Origin: Candidatus Methylomirabilia bacterium
Lineage (GTDB): Bacteria; Methylomirabilota; Methylomirabilia; Rokubacteriales; CSP1-6
Length of the DNA: 48,405 nucleotides
Assembly: GCA_041496385.1 (NCBI GenBank)
Contig: JBGQEL010000024.1
Location: 1 to 48,405 of the forward strand
Reading direction: 5' to 3'
Part shown: piece after piece, positions 31,005 to 40,018 of the stretch
Layout of the letters: each line of letters begins with the position of its first letter
Numbering within the stretch: the first letter of the stretch is position 1
The notes under the pieces: model-generated
Told to the model about the DNA's origin: nothing
What the model saw: only the letters and a program-made list of their open reading frames with translations
The model's database searches: none
Made by a program: the position numbers and the translations under genes

Positions 31005-31552
31005 TGCCGCGCGTCTACCTCTCGCTCGGCTCGAACCTCGGCGACCGCCGGACGCTGCTGCGTGAGGCGGTCCGGCGGCTCCGGCGGCTCGAGGTGCTCG
31101 AGTTCGTCGCGGCCTCGCGCCTCTACGAGGCCGAGCCGTGGGAGCACGAGCCGGGCCGCACGCGGAAGGAGGCGCCCTGGTACCTGAACTGCGTGATCGC
31201 GATCGAGACGACGCTGCCGCCGCGCGCGCTGCTCAGCGAGCTCCAGGCGGTCGAGCAGGCGCTCGGCCGCGTGCGCCCCGCGGACACACCGGAAGCGAGC
31301 CGCTTCGCGCCGCGGACGCTCGACATCGACATCCTCTTCTACGGTGACGCGGTCATCAGCGTCCCCGACGAGCTCCACGTCCCGCACCTCCTCCTGGCCG
31401 AGCGCGCGTTCGTCCTGCGCCCGCTCGCCGACGTGGCGCCCGATCTCGAGCACCCCACGCTCTATCGCACGGTCGGCGAGCTGCTGGGGGAGCTCGCCGA
31501 CGAGCACGACGTCCGGCCGGGCGACTATCCGGCGCGCTGGTTCGAGGACTGA
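31004..31552 (+). CDS. folK: 2-amino-4-hydroxy-6-hydroxymethyldihydropteridine diphosphokinase
   Basis: YLSLGSNLGDR, YLN, PRTLDIDIL, L.VPH, ERAFVL.PL. TGATG overlap with folB. Confidence 0.95.
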   Translation: MPRVYLSLGSNLGDRRTLLREAVRRLRRLEVLEFVAASRLYEAEPWEHEPGRTRKEAPWYLNCVIAIETTLPPRALLSELQAVEQALGRVRPADTPEASRFAPRTLDIDILFYGDAVISVPDELHVPHLLLAERAFVLRPLADVAPDLEHPTLYRTVGELLGELADEHDVRPGDYPARWFED

Positions 31553-31558
31553 CGAGCC

Positions 31559-32068
31559 GTGGCCTCCGACGACTTCACGCAACAGGCGCTGCAGCATCTG
31601 GACGCGCTCTACAACTTCGCCGTCTATCTGACGCGCAATCCGCCCGAGGCGGACGACCTCGTGCAGGAGACCTACCTCCGGGCCCTCCGGTTCTCGCACC
31701 GTTTCGAGCCGGGAACCCACCTCCGCGCCTGGTTGTTTCAAATCCTGAGGAACACGTTCCTGACGTTCTACCGGCTCCGCGAGCGCGAGGTCCCGATCGC
31801 GGACGACGGTGTGCCGGACTGGGACGTGCCGATGTTCCACGACGCGCCCGAAGACTCGTCGAGCGCCATGGAGGCGCACACCGACCTCGAGCGCGCGATG
31901 AGCCGCCTGCCGCAGGATTTCCGGACCGTGCTCCTGCTGGCGGAGGTCGAAGGCATGCCGCTCGAGGACGTCGCGCGCGTCATGGGCTGCCCGGTCGGCA
32001 CCGTCAAGTCGCGGATCTTCAGGGCGAAGGAGCGGCTGCGGGCGCTCCTGTCCGACTACAAGCGATGA
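31559..32068 (+). CDS. ECF sigma-70 family sigma factor (SigH/SigR-like)
   Basis: ADDLVQETYLRA, GTHLRAWLFQILRN, LPQDFR, CPVGTVKSRIFRA. Confidence 0.92.
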   Translation: MASDDFTQQALQHLDALYNFAVYLTRNPPEADDLVQETYLRALRFSHRFEPGTHLRAWLFQILRNTFLTFYRLREREVPIADDGVPDWDVPMFHDAPEDSSSAMEAHTDLERAMSRLPQDFRTVLLLAEVEGMPLEDVARVMGCPVGTVKSRIFRAKERLRALLSDYKR

Positions 32069-32766
32069 GCGACCGGTTTTCGGATTCTTCGGACGAGACC
32101 CTGGGCCGGCGGCTCGCGAGCGAGCTGCCGCGCCACGCGGCGCCCGCGCGCCTGCGCGCGGCGATCCTCGACGCGGCGGCGCCGCGCGCGGCAAAGCCCG
32201 CCTGGCTCGTGCCCGCGCTCTCCGCGCTCGCGACCGCGATGGTGCTCGCGCTGGCCTTCCTGCCGCTGCTCCCGCGGATCGTGCCCGTCGACCCGGCGGA
32301 GCGGCTCACGCGCTCCGTCGTGGCGGAGCACGAGCGCGCCCTCATGTGGGGCGCCCGCCACGCCGAGGTCATCCCGGCGGCGCTCCCCTGGCTCACCCAG
32401 GAGTCCGGCATCGGGCTGCGGAGCGTCTTCGCGGGCGACGATCGGCTGAGCTTCGTCGGCGCCGAGCCCGTGTACCTCGACGGGCGCCGCGGCATGGCGC
32501 TCTACTACCGCGACACCGACGGCCACCTGGTGACCTACACGGTCCTGCCCGCGGCCGGGCTGCCCGTGCCCGAGCGACGCCGCCTCCAGGTCGACCGGTT
32601 CAGGCCGGCGCTCCTGTACGACAGCGGGTTCTCGTCGTGGGTCTGGCGACAGGGAGACCTCGTCTGCTTCCTCGTATCGGACATGGTCTCGGAGGCGGAG
32701 CTCGACCGGTTCAAGGACTACTTCGTCCGGGTACGGACGGCGACCGAGCCGGTCCCCGCGTACTGA
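32065..32766 (+). CDS. Putative transmembrane anti-sigma factor
   Basis: ATGA-coupled to the ECF sigma; AP..LRA.I helix, single TM, extracytoplasmic domain ending in W..GDLVCFLVSD. Confidence 0.75.
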   Translation: MSDRFSDSSDETLGRRLASELPRHAAPARLRAAILDAAAPRAAKPAWLVPALSALATAMVLALAFLPLLPRIVPVDPAERLTRSVVAEHERALMWGARHAEVIPAALPWLTQESGIGLRSVFAGDDRLSFVGAEPVYLDGRRGMALYYRDTDGHLVTYTVLPAAGLPVPERRRLQVDRFRPALLYDSGFSSWVWRQGDLVCFLVSDMVSEAELDRFKDYFVRVRTATEPVPAY

Positions 32767-32805
32767 GGCGGGGGACCGGTGCATGATCGGACGGGACCCG
32801 GCGCG

Positions 32806-33789
32806 ATGACGCCCGAGGGCGGCGAGCTGGTGTCGGTCGTGGTCCCCGTGTGCAACGAGGAGAGCAACGTGCCCGCGTGCCGCGCGCGGCTCACCGCCGC
32901 GCTCTCCGGGCATCGCTTCGAGTGCATCTTCGTGGACGACGGCAGCACGGACGCCACACCCGCCCTGGTCCGCGACATCGCGCGCGAGGACCCACGCTTC
33001 AAGCTCGTGAGCCTCTCCCGCAACTTCGGTCATCAGGCGGCGATCTTCGCGGGACTCACCTTTGCCCGTGGCGCGTGGGTGGCTGTTCTGGACGGCGATC
33101 TCCAGGACCCGCCGGAGCTGATCCCCGAGATGCTACTCCTCGGCGCCAAGGGCGCCGAGGTCGTCTACGGGGTGCGCACGTCGCGCCAGGAGCGGTGGTT
33201 CAAGCGCGCCGCCGCGGCGATCTTCTACCGGCTGCAGACGCGTCTGACGCGGACCACGATGCCGCTCGACGCGGGCGACTTCGCGGTGATGGGTCGTCGT
33301 GTCGTCGACCTCATCGTCTCGATCGGAGAGCGCCATCCTTACGTGCGCGGGCTCAGGAGCTGGGCGGGCTTCCGCCAGGTCCCGTTTCCCTACGAGCGCG
33401 CGCGCCGCCTGCGGGGTGAGCCCTCGTACACGCTCTGGACGCTGCTCGACCTCGCGGTGTCGGGAATCGTGCCGTTCTCCCTCGTGCCCCTTCGGCTGGT
33501 CGTCCTCGCCGGCGCGGCGATCGCGGGGCTGTCCGTCGCCGGGGGTGCGGTCGTCCTGCTCCAGCACCTCACCGGCCTCGGCCTCTTCGGCCGGTACGCG
33601 CCGGGCTCGGCCGCGCTGTGGGTGGCGATGGCATTCCTCTTCGGGGTCCAGCTCTTCGTGGTCGGCGTGGTCGGCGAATACGTGGGCCGCGTCCTCGAGC
33701 AGGTGCAGCACCGGCCGGTCTTCGTGGTCGACGACCTGGTCGGGCTCGATCCGCCGTCACGCGCCCTCGGGACGACCGCCCGCTCCTGA
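32806..33789 (+). CDS. Polyprenol-phosphate glycosyltransferase, GT2 (ArnC/GtrB-like)
   Basis: VDDGSTD, SRNFGHQAA, DGDLQDPP, GDF, two C-terminal TMs, GEYVGR...RP.F. Confidence 0.9.
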   Translation: MTPEGGELVSVVVPVCNEESNVPACRARLTAALSGHRFECIFVDDGSTDATPALVRDIAREDPRFKLVSLSRNFGHQAAIFAGLTFARGAWVAVLDGDLQDPPELIPEMLLLGAKGAEVVYGVRTSRQERWFKRAAAAIFYRLQTRLTRTTMPLDAGDFAVMGRRVVDLIVSIGERHPYVRGLRSWAGFRQVPFPYERARRLRGEPSYTLWTLLDLAVSGIVPFSLVPLRLVVLAGAAIAGLSVAGGAVVLLQHLTGLGLFGRYAPGSAALWVAMAFLFGVQLFVVGVVGEYVGRVLEQVQHRPVFVVDDLVGLDPPSRALGTTARS

Positions 33790-35001
33790 GGCCGGGTCGC
33801 GCGCGACGACGAAGGGCAGCGCCATCAGCGCCATGGCGACGAGCAGCACCTCGGTGTCGCCGAAGTTGTACTCGAAGAGTCCCGCGATCAGGAACGCCGC
33901 GATCGCGGTGATCGAGCCGAGAACGAGCGCCCGCGCCTCGCCGTCGCCCGGACCGAGCCGCGCGAGAACCCGCCACGCCGCCCGGAAGAATCCCACCCAG
34001 ATCGCGACCCAGGCGGCGAGACCCGGCAGGCCCCGCTCGACCACGATCTGCAGCGGCGTGTCGTGCAGGTGGCTGGTGGAGCGCCGGAGCGCCTCCGCGG
34101 ACGCCCACGCGGGATAGACGCGCTTGACCTGCCCCGGCCCGATCCCCGTCAGCGGGTGGGCGCGGGCGAGTGCCAACCCCGTCTCGAGCATCGCCAGCCG
34201 GTCGCGGAGCGAGTTGTCGTCGAAGTCGCCGATCGAGCGCACGCGCTCGAGCACGCCGGGCTCGACGAAGAGCGCGCCGGCGATGAGGAGCGCGAGGCCC
34301 GCGAGCACGAGCCGGCGCCGCGGCAGCGCGAGCGCGCCGGCGGCGGCGCCCGCGGCGAAGCCGAGCCAGGCGCCCCGCACGTACGTCAGGCCGAGCGCCA
34401 CCAGGCTCACGAGCCAGGCCGGCCCGGCCCAGGCGAGACTCCGGCCGCCGCGCGCGAGCCGCGGCAGGGCGCTCACCAGCACGAGTGCCAGGACACCGCC
34501 AAGCGTCATGTAGATCGAGAAGAAGCCCCGCGCCCGGGCGCACTTGCGGAACAGCAGCCGGAGTGGCGCGGAGGCCGACTCCACGCTGCCCGAGGCCGGG
34601 CACACGGCCACCTGGACGATGCCCAGGAGGGCCACCAGCGAGACCGCGAGGAGGAGCCCGGCCGAGAACCGCGCCGCGGCCCGGCGGTCCGGCAGCGCGT
34701 GGAGGACGACGTAGAACGCGCCCAGTGTGAGGAGCCCCCGCGTCGCGGCGAGGCTCTCGAGCGGCTGCGGCGAGGCGAGCGCGGCCACGAGCGTCCACGC
34801 GGCGAACGCGGCGAGCGGCGCCAGCAGCGGCCAGCCGCGGCCGGGCGCGCGCGCCGCGCGCGGCCCGAGCAGGAGCCAGAGCGCGAGCACGACGAGCGTC
34901 GTCTCGGAAAGCGTGATCGACGCGGCCAGCCCGATCGTGAGCGCGACCAGCAACCCGTCGCGGACCACCACCCCGGACCGCACCGCGGCCCGCGGGCTCA
35001 T
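33757..35001 (-). CDS. O-antigen ligase family (WaaL/Wzy_C) membrane protein
   Basis: Multiple TMs, RARGFFS, TYVRGAWLG, HPLTGIGPG, HLH...LQ...ERG..G, GLFEYNFGD. Confidence 0.88.
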   Translation of the reverse strand: MSPRAAVRSGVVVRDGLLVALTIGLAASITLSETTLVVLALWLLLGPRAARAPGRGWPLLAPLAAFAAWTLVAALASPQPLESLAATRGLLTLGAFYVVLHALPDRRAAARFSAGLLLAVSLVALLGIVQVAVCPASGSVESASAPLRLLFRKCARARGFFSIYMTLGGVLALVLVSALPRLARGGRSLAWAGPAWLVSLVALGLTYVRGAWLGFAAGAAAGALALPRRRLVLAGLALLIAGALFVEPGVLERVRSIGDFDDNSLRDRLAMLETGLALARAHPLTGIGPGQVKRVYPAWASAEALRRSTSHLHDTPLQIVVERGLPGLAAWVAIWVGFFRAAWRVLARLGPGDGEARALVLGSITAIAAFLIAGLFEYNFGDTEVLLVAMALMALPFVVARDPASGAGGRPEGA

Positions 35002-36470
35002 GCGACGAAGAACAGGCGCGAGGCCGCGCGCGCGGACATCCGGAGCAGGAGCCAGCCGTCCGCGAAGCGGCTGATGTTCGTCGTCCCGTAGACGCGCTCC
35101 CGGTACCGGACGGGGACCTCGATGATGCGGAGCCCGAGCTTCGCCGCGCCGAAGATCAGGTCGAAGTCGCCGTAGGGATCGAAATCACCGAACCAGGCGC
35201 GGTTCGCCGCCAGCCGCTCGTAGTCCGCGCGCCAGATGACCTTGGTCCCGCAGAGCGTGTCCTTGATGGGCTGGCCGATCAGCGTGCTCAGCAGGACGCC
35301 GAAGAACCGGTTGCCGAGGAGGTTCAGGAAGCGCATCGCCTTCGGATCCATCGTGTAGACGAGCCGGGAGCCCATCACGAACTCGCCGATCCCCGACATG
35401 GCGGCGTCGTAGAACTGCGGCAGGTCCTCGGGCGCCACGGACAGGTCCGCGTCGAGGATCATGAGCAGGTCGCCGGTCGCGCGCGCGAAGCCGAGCCGGA
35501 CCGCGTCGCCCTTGCCGCGCCCCGGCTGCACCATCACCTTGATGTCGCGCGCCGGATGGCCCGCGGCGACGCGCCGGCACTCCGCGAGCGTGTCGTCGCT
35601 CGAGTGACCCTCGACGAAGAGGAGCTCGGTGTGCGCGCCGAGCGCCGGGAGCCGCCGCACGACCTCGGCGATGTTGCCCCGCTCGTTGCGGCACGGGCAG
35701 ATCACGCTGACGCGCGGCGCGCGCGCGACGGGGCGCGGCGCGGGCCGCGCCACGAGCCAGTTGGTCCAGACGAACAGACGCGCCAGCGGCAGGTGCGCGA
35801 GGAACCGGTTCGCCCAACGGCCGGCGGGGCCGAGGCCCACCGGCACCAGGACGTGTCCCCGGTGGCCGAGCGTCTCGAAGCCCGCGAGGGTCAGCAGATT
35901 TCGCACGTCGCCGACCGTGGTCCAGTTCAGGTACGGCAGCGGCGCCTTCCAGCCGAGGCGCTCGAGGAGGTGCACGACCGGCTGCCAGAGTCGGCTGTAC
36001 CAGTGGATGACGATGCGCGTCCGCGGATGGCACACCGCCGCCAGCCGCTCGAGCACGAGACGGATGTCGTAGAGGTAACCGAGCAGGTCGGAGAGGACGA
36101 CGTAGTCGAACGTCTGGCCGGGCAGCTCGAGCGTCTCGGCCGGCATCCGGTGGAAGACGAGCTTCGGGTGGCGCGACGCCGCCAGGCGCACCATCTCGCC
36201 CGACAGGTCGATGCCGACGCCGACGGACGGCTCGAGCGCGGCCAGCAGGTCGCCGTCGCCACAGCCGATCTCCAGCACGCGGGCCCCGCGGGGGATGTGC
36301 AGGCGCGCGACGGAGGCGACCGCGTCGTGGTAACCCGAGTTCCGCGCGCGCCAGGCGGGGACCTCGGGCGCGAAGCGATCGAAGAACGCCCCGAAGTCGC
36401 GGAGGTACTGCTCGAAGTCCACGGGCGGGCCGGCGCGAACCCGCCGCACCCACTCCGCGTCAATAGGCAT
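34998..36470 (-). CDS. Fusion of class I SAM methyltransferase and GT2 (DPM-synthase-like)
   Basis: VLEIGCGDG in the N-terminal half; PCRNERGN, GRGKGDAVR, ILDADL, DTLCGTK in the C-terminal half. Confidence 0.88.
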   Translation of the reverse strand: MPIDAEWVRRVRAGPPVDFEQYLRDFGAFFDRFAPEVPAWRARNSGYHDAVASVARLHIPRGARVLEIGCGDGDLLAALEPSVGVGIDLSGEMVRLAASRHPKLVFHRMPAETLELPGQTFDYVVLSDLLGYLYDIRLVLERLAAVCHPRTRIVIHWYSRLWQPVVHLLERLGWKAPLPYLNWTTVGDVRNLLTLAGFETLGHRGHVLVPVGLGPAGRWANRFLAHLPLARLFVWTNWLVARPAPRPVARAPRVSVICPCRNERGNIAEVVRRLPALGAHTELLFVEGHSSDDTLAECRRVAAGHPARDIKVMVQPGRGKGDAVRLGFARATGDLLMILDADLSVAPEDLPQFYDAAMSGIGEFVMGSRLVYTMDPKAMRFLNLLGNRFFGVLLSTLIGQPIKDTLCGTKVIWRADYERLAANRAWFGDFDPYGDFDLIFGAAKLGLRIIEVPVRYRERVYGTTNISRFADGWLLLRMSARAASRLFFVA

Positions 36471-37845
36471 TGCGCCCGAAGAAACCGTGCCAGAGCGTCT
36501 TGAGCAGGATCTTCAGATCGAAGCCGAGCGACCAGCGCTTGATGTAGTAGAGGTCGCACTCGATCCGCTTCTCGATCGAGGTGTTGCCGCGCCAGCCGTT
36601 GATCTGCGCCCACCCGGTGATGCCGGCCTTAACCTTCTGCCGGAGCAGGTAGTCGGGGATGTTCCGGCGGAACTCCTCGACGAAGCTCGGCCGTTCGGGG
36701 CGTGGGCCCACCAGGCTCATCTCGCCCTTCAGAACATTCCAGAGCTGCGGCAGCTCGTCGAGATTCGAGCGCCGCAGGAACGCTCCGATCCCTGTGCGCC
36801 GCGGATCGTCCGGGCGCGCCCAGACCGGCCCCGTCTCGCGCTCCGCGTCCACGCGCATCGTGCGAAACTTGAGCATCTGGAATCGTCGTCTGTCCAGGCC
36901 CATGCGCTCCTGGCGGTAGAGGACAGGCCCTGGTGAGGTAAGCTTCACCGCCGCCGCGATCGCCAGCATGAGCGGCGCAGCGACGAGGAGCCACAACCCG
37001 CCGAGGACGAGATCGGACGCGCGCTTGAGCACCCGGTTCCAGCCGTAGAGTGGCGACCCCAGGTTGATGAACACGATCGCCTCGAACTCCTCGATACCGC
37101 CCCGGAGCGACGCGAGATTGAAGACGTCGGGGACGTAGTGAATCTCGATCGGATCGTCACCAATGTCGTTGAGCAGGGCGCCGAGACGAGGGTAGTCGCC
37201 GTGAGGCAGCGCGATGAAGACAATATCCACCGTGTGCCGGTCGAGCACGCTCCGGATCTCGTCGAGTCCACCGAGCCGCCGCGCATGTACACTTATCGAC
37301 TCGGCCTTGTCGGAGAGGACGCCGAGCAAGCGGATACCGACGTCCGGACGACGCTGCAGCACGCGCAGGACCTCGGCCGCCGGCTCACCGCCGCCGACAA
37401 CGATCGCGTAGCGCACATTGTAGCCGCGGCGCCGCGCGAAGCGGAGCACCTCGCGGAAGACGGCGCGCGAGAAGCTCACCGCGACGATCGAGAACACCCA
37501 GAAGAACACGATCGCAACCCGCGAATAGTCATAGCCGCGGAACACAAAGCTCATGATGGCGACGAGGACCAGCACGCCGATCGTTGAGGCCTTGGCCACG
37601 TCGAGCCACTCCGACAGGTACGAGCTCAGCCGGCTGGGTCGGTAGAGATCGAAGGCCCGGAAGGAGACGCCCCAGACGACGAGAATGGGCACGAGCTGCA
37701 GCGCGTAGTCGCGGAACGGGGGGAGGCCCGACGCGGCCATGAAATGGAAACGGACGACGTACGCGAGCACCCAGCAGAGGGCGATCAGGAGGAGGTCGCC
37801 GGCGAGCATCAGGTGCTCGAACAGGCGCGAGTGGGCCTTCAGCAT
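36460..37845 (-). CDS. wcaJ: Undecaprenyl-phosphate sugar phosphotransferase (WcaJ/GumD-like)
   Basis: N-terminal TMs, CoA-binding-like domain, KR..D, KFRTM, DDPR.T..G..LR...DELPQL.NV..G.MSLVGPRPE, GITGWAQING.RG. Confidence 0.92.
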   Translation of the reverse strand: MLKAHSRLFEHLMLAGDLLLIALCWVLAYVVRFHFMAASGLPPFRDYALQLVPILVVWGVSFRAFDLYRPSRLSSYLSEWLDVAKASTIGVLVLVAIMSFVFRGYDYSRVAIVFFWVFSIVAVSFSRAVFREVLRFARRRGYNVRYAIVVGGGEPAAEVLRVLQRRPDVGIRLLGVLSDKAESISVHARRLGGLDEIRSVLDRHTVDIVFIALPHGDYPRLGALLNDIGDDPIEIHYVPDVFNLASLRGGIEEFEAIVFINLGSPLYGWNRVLKRASDLVLGGLWLLVAAPLMLAIAAAVKLTSPGPVLYRQERMGLDRRRFQMLKFRTMRVDAERETGPVWARPDDPRRTGIGAFLRRSNLDELPQLWNVLKGEMSLVGPRPERPSFVEEFRRNIPDYLLRQKVKAGITGWAQINGWRGNTSIEKRIECDLYYIKRWSLGFDLKILLKTLWHGFFGRNAY

Positions 37846-38999
37846 GCCTGCCTCGCGCGAAGCTCCCGCCAGCGCGCGTCGATCCAGTCGGCGAGCCGCT
37901 GCTTGAACAGGGGCCGGTCGAAGCGCTCGGCGTGCGCGCGGAGCGCCTTCGGCTCGAACCGCGCCTCGCCGGCCTCGAACTCGAGCATCGCGCGCGCGAG
38001 GGCCTCGGCGGTTTGCGTGGGGAAGAAGACCCCGGTCGGCGGCCCGTCGGCCGAGTCGAGGCCAACCGTCGTCTCCAGCGCGCCACCCTGCGCGAGCGCG
38101 ATGGTCGGGCGGCCGGCGGCCGCGGCCTCGAGCGGCGTGATCCCGAAATCCTCGACGGCCGGGAACAGGAGCGCGCGGCAGCGCGCGTAGAGCGCCGCGA
38201 CGTCGCGGTCGCCGCGCCAGCCGAGGAACTCGACGTGCGGCCCCGCGAGCGCGCGGAGCCGGCGCTCCTCGGGACCCGTCCCCACGACCAGCAGCCGCCG
38301 GCCAAGGCGGTTTGCCGCCTCGACCGCAAGGTCCACCCGCTTGTAGGGCACGAGCGCCGACACGACGAGATAGTACTCGCCGGGCCCGGCCGTCGGCTCG
38401 AAACGCCGGACGTCCACGGGTGAGTGGATGACGTCGGCGTCGCGGCCGTAAAGGTTCCGGATCCGGTCGGCGGTGTAGCGCGAGTTGGCGACGAAGCCGT
38501 GGACGCCCTCGGTGCGCCGGTCCCAGCGCCTGAGCGCGGCCGCCACGGGCGGCGCCGCGAGCCGCGTCGCGAGCCCCGCGCGGGCGCCGAAGTAGTCGTC
38601 GTAGCGCTCCCAGACGTAGCGCATCGGCGCGAAGCAGTGACAGAGGTGGAGCGCGCCCGGCGGCACGCGCACGCCCTTGGCGACGCAGTGGCTCATCGAG
38701 ACGATCAGGTCGTAGCCCCGGAGATCGAGCCGCCGGATCGCCAGCGGGAAGAGTGGCAGGTAGTGGCGATAGCGCTCCGCGGCGCGCGGCAGGCGCTGGA
38801 CGAAGGAGGTGACGATGCGCCGGCTCTCGATGACGGGTGTGACGCTGCCCGGGACGTGCAGGAGCGTGAAGAGCGGCGCCGCCGGAAAGAGCTCGCAGAG
38901 CACCTCGAGGCACCGCTCGCCGCCGCGCATCCCCGTCAGCCAGTCGTGCACGAGCGCCACGCGCGCCGGGCGTGGCGCGTGAGGGGCCACGCCGGGCAC
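37839..38999 (-). CDS. GT4 glycosyltransferase (mannosyltransferase-like)
   Basis: HDWLTGMRGGERCL, PMRYVW, ALVPYKRVD, EDFGITPLEA. GTG start approximate. Confidence 0.9.
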   Translation of the reverse strand: MPGVAPHAPRPARVALVHDWLTGMRGGERCLEVLCELFPAAPLFTLLHVPGSVTPVIESRRIVTSFVQRLPRAAERYRHYLPLFPLAIRRLDLRGYDLIVSMSHCVAKGVRVPPGALHLCHCFAPMRYVWERYDDYFGARAGLATRLAAPPVAAALRRWDRRTEGVHGFVANSRYTADRIRNLYGRDADVIHSPVDVRRFEPTAGPGEYYLVVSALVPYKRVDLAVEAANRLGRRLLVVGTGPEERRLRALAGPHVEFLGWRGDRDVAALYARCRALLFPAVEDFGITPLEAAAAGRPTIALAQGGALETTVGLDSADGPPTGVFFPTQTAEALARAMLEFEAGEARFEPKALRAHAERFDRPLFKQRLADWIDARWRELRARQAC

Positions 39000-39001
39000 G
39001 C

Positions 39002-39970
39002 CTATCGGCCGGGGGGTCGGACGCGCTGGCGCCAATACTCGAGGAGGTCGGTGAGCGTCGTCTCGAGCGGGATCGTCGGGCGCCAGCCGATCACCTTCGC
39101 GGCCTTCGCGGCCGATCCGCGCAGGATCGGGACGTCCGAGGGCCGCAGGCGCGACGGGTCCTGACGGATCTCGATCCGGGGCCCGCGGGAGCGCGCGAGC
39201 AGGAAGTTCAGCATGCGCTCGATGGACCAGTCCGCGCCCGAGCAGAGGTTGTAGACCTCGCCCGGCTCGCCGCGCTCGAGCAGGAGCCAGTAGGCGCGCA
39301 CGATGTCGCGGACGTCGGAGAAGTCGCGCGTCGGCTTGAGATCGCCGACCAGGACGACCGGCTCGCGGAGCCCCGCCTCGATCTCGGCGATCTGCTTGGC
39401 GAAGTTCGAGGTGGCGAAGGTCTCTCCGCGACGGGGCCCGGTGTGGTTGAAGGCGCGCGCCCGGACGATGTGCATGCCGTAGCTCTTGAAGTACTGGTAG
39501 CCCATGAGGTCCTGCGTCACCTTGCTCACCGCGTACGGCGACAGCGGGCGCAGCGGATTCGTCTCGACGATCGGCAGCTCGTCCGGCTGGACGAGGCCGT
39601 ACTCCTCGCTCGAGCCGATGACGAGGAAGCGCGCCGACATCTTGAGCTGGCGCATCGCCTCGAAGAGGTTCATCTGGCTGATGACGTTCGTGTAGAAGGT
39701 CTCGACCGGCGTGGACCAGGACGCGGCGACGAAGCTCTGCGCCGCGAGATGGACGGTGAAGTCGGGCTGCGCCTGTTCGAGCAGCGTCCGCACCGAGAGG
39801 AGGTCGCGCAGGTCGCACTCGACCAGGGTGAGGCGGTTGCGCAGATGCTCGATGTGTTCCGTCTTGCTCCGCCAGCGCAGCGAGCCGATGACCTCGGCAC
39901 CCTGCGCGAGCGCCCACTCGGCGAGGTGGCTACCGACGAAGCCCGTGATTCCAGTGATCAAAACGCGCAT
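39002..39970 (-). CDS. GDP-4-dehydro-6-deoxy-D-mannose reductase / GDP-mannose 4,6-dehydratase family
   Basis: TGITGFVG, HLAAQS.V..SW, GSSEEYG, SPYAVSK, FNHTGPR, RDFSDVRDIVRAY. Confidence 0.85.
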   Translation of the reverse strand: MRVLITGITGFVGSHLAEWALAQGAEVIGSLRWRSKTEHIEHLRNRLTLVECDLRDLLSVRTLLEQAQPDFTVHLAAQSFVAASWSTPVETFYTNVISQMNLFEAMRQLKMSARFLVIGSSEEYGLVQPDELPIVETNPLRPLSPYAVSKVTQDLMGYQYFKSYGMHIVRARAFNHTGPRRGETFATSNFAKQIAEIEAGLREPVVLVGDLKPTRDFSDVRDIVRAYWLLLERGEPGEVYNLCSGADWSIERMLNFLLARSRGPRIEIRQDPSRLRPSDVPILRGSAAKAAKVIGWRPTIPLETTLTDLLEYWRQRVRPPGR

Positions 39971-40018
39971 GGCGCCATAGTACTACAGGAGCGCGCGAGG
40001 ACCGCTCGTCCCTGCGGC

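Noticed and set aside
11632..39917. Apparent N-terminal extensions or fusions on hom, the flippase-like gene, Zn-ADH, comEC, dapL, the lipoprotein, dapA, folK, wcaJ and GT4
   Set aside because: These are alternative-frame read-throughs of the preceding gene. True starts lie at stop/start overlaps or after promoters.
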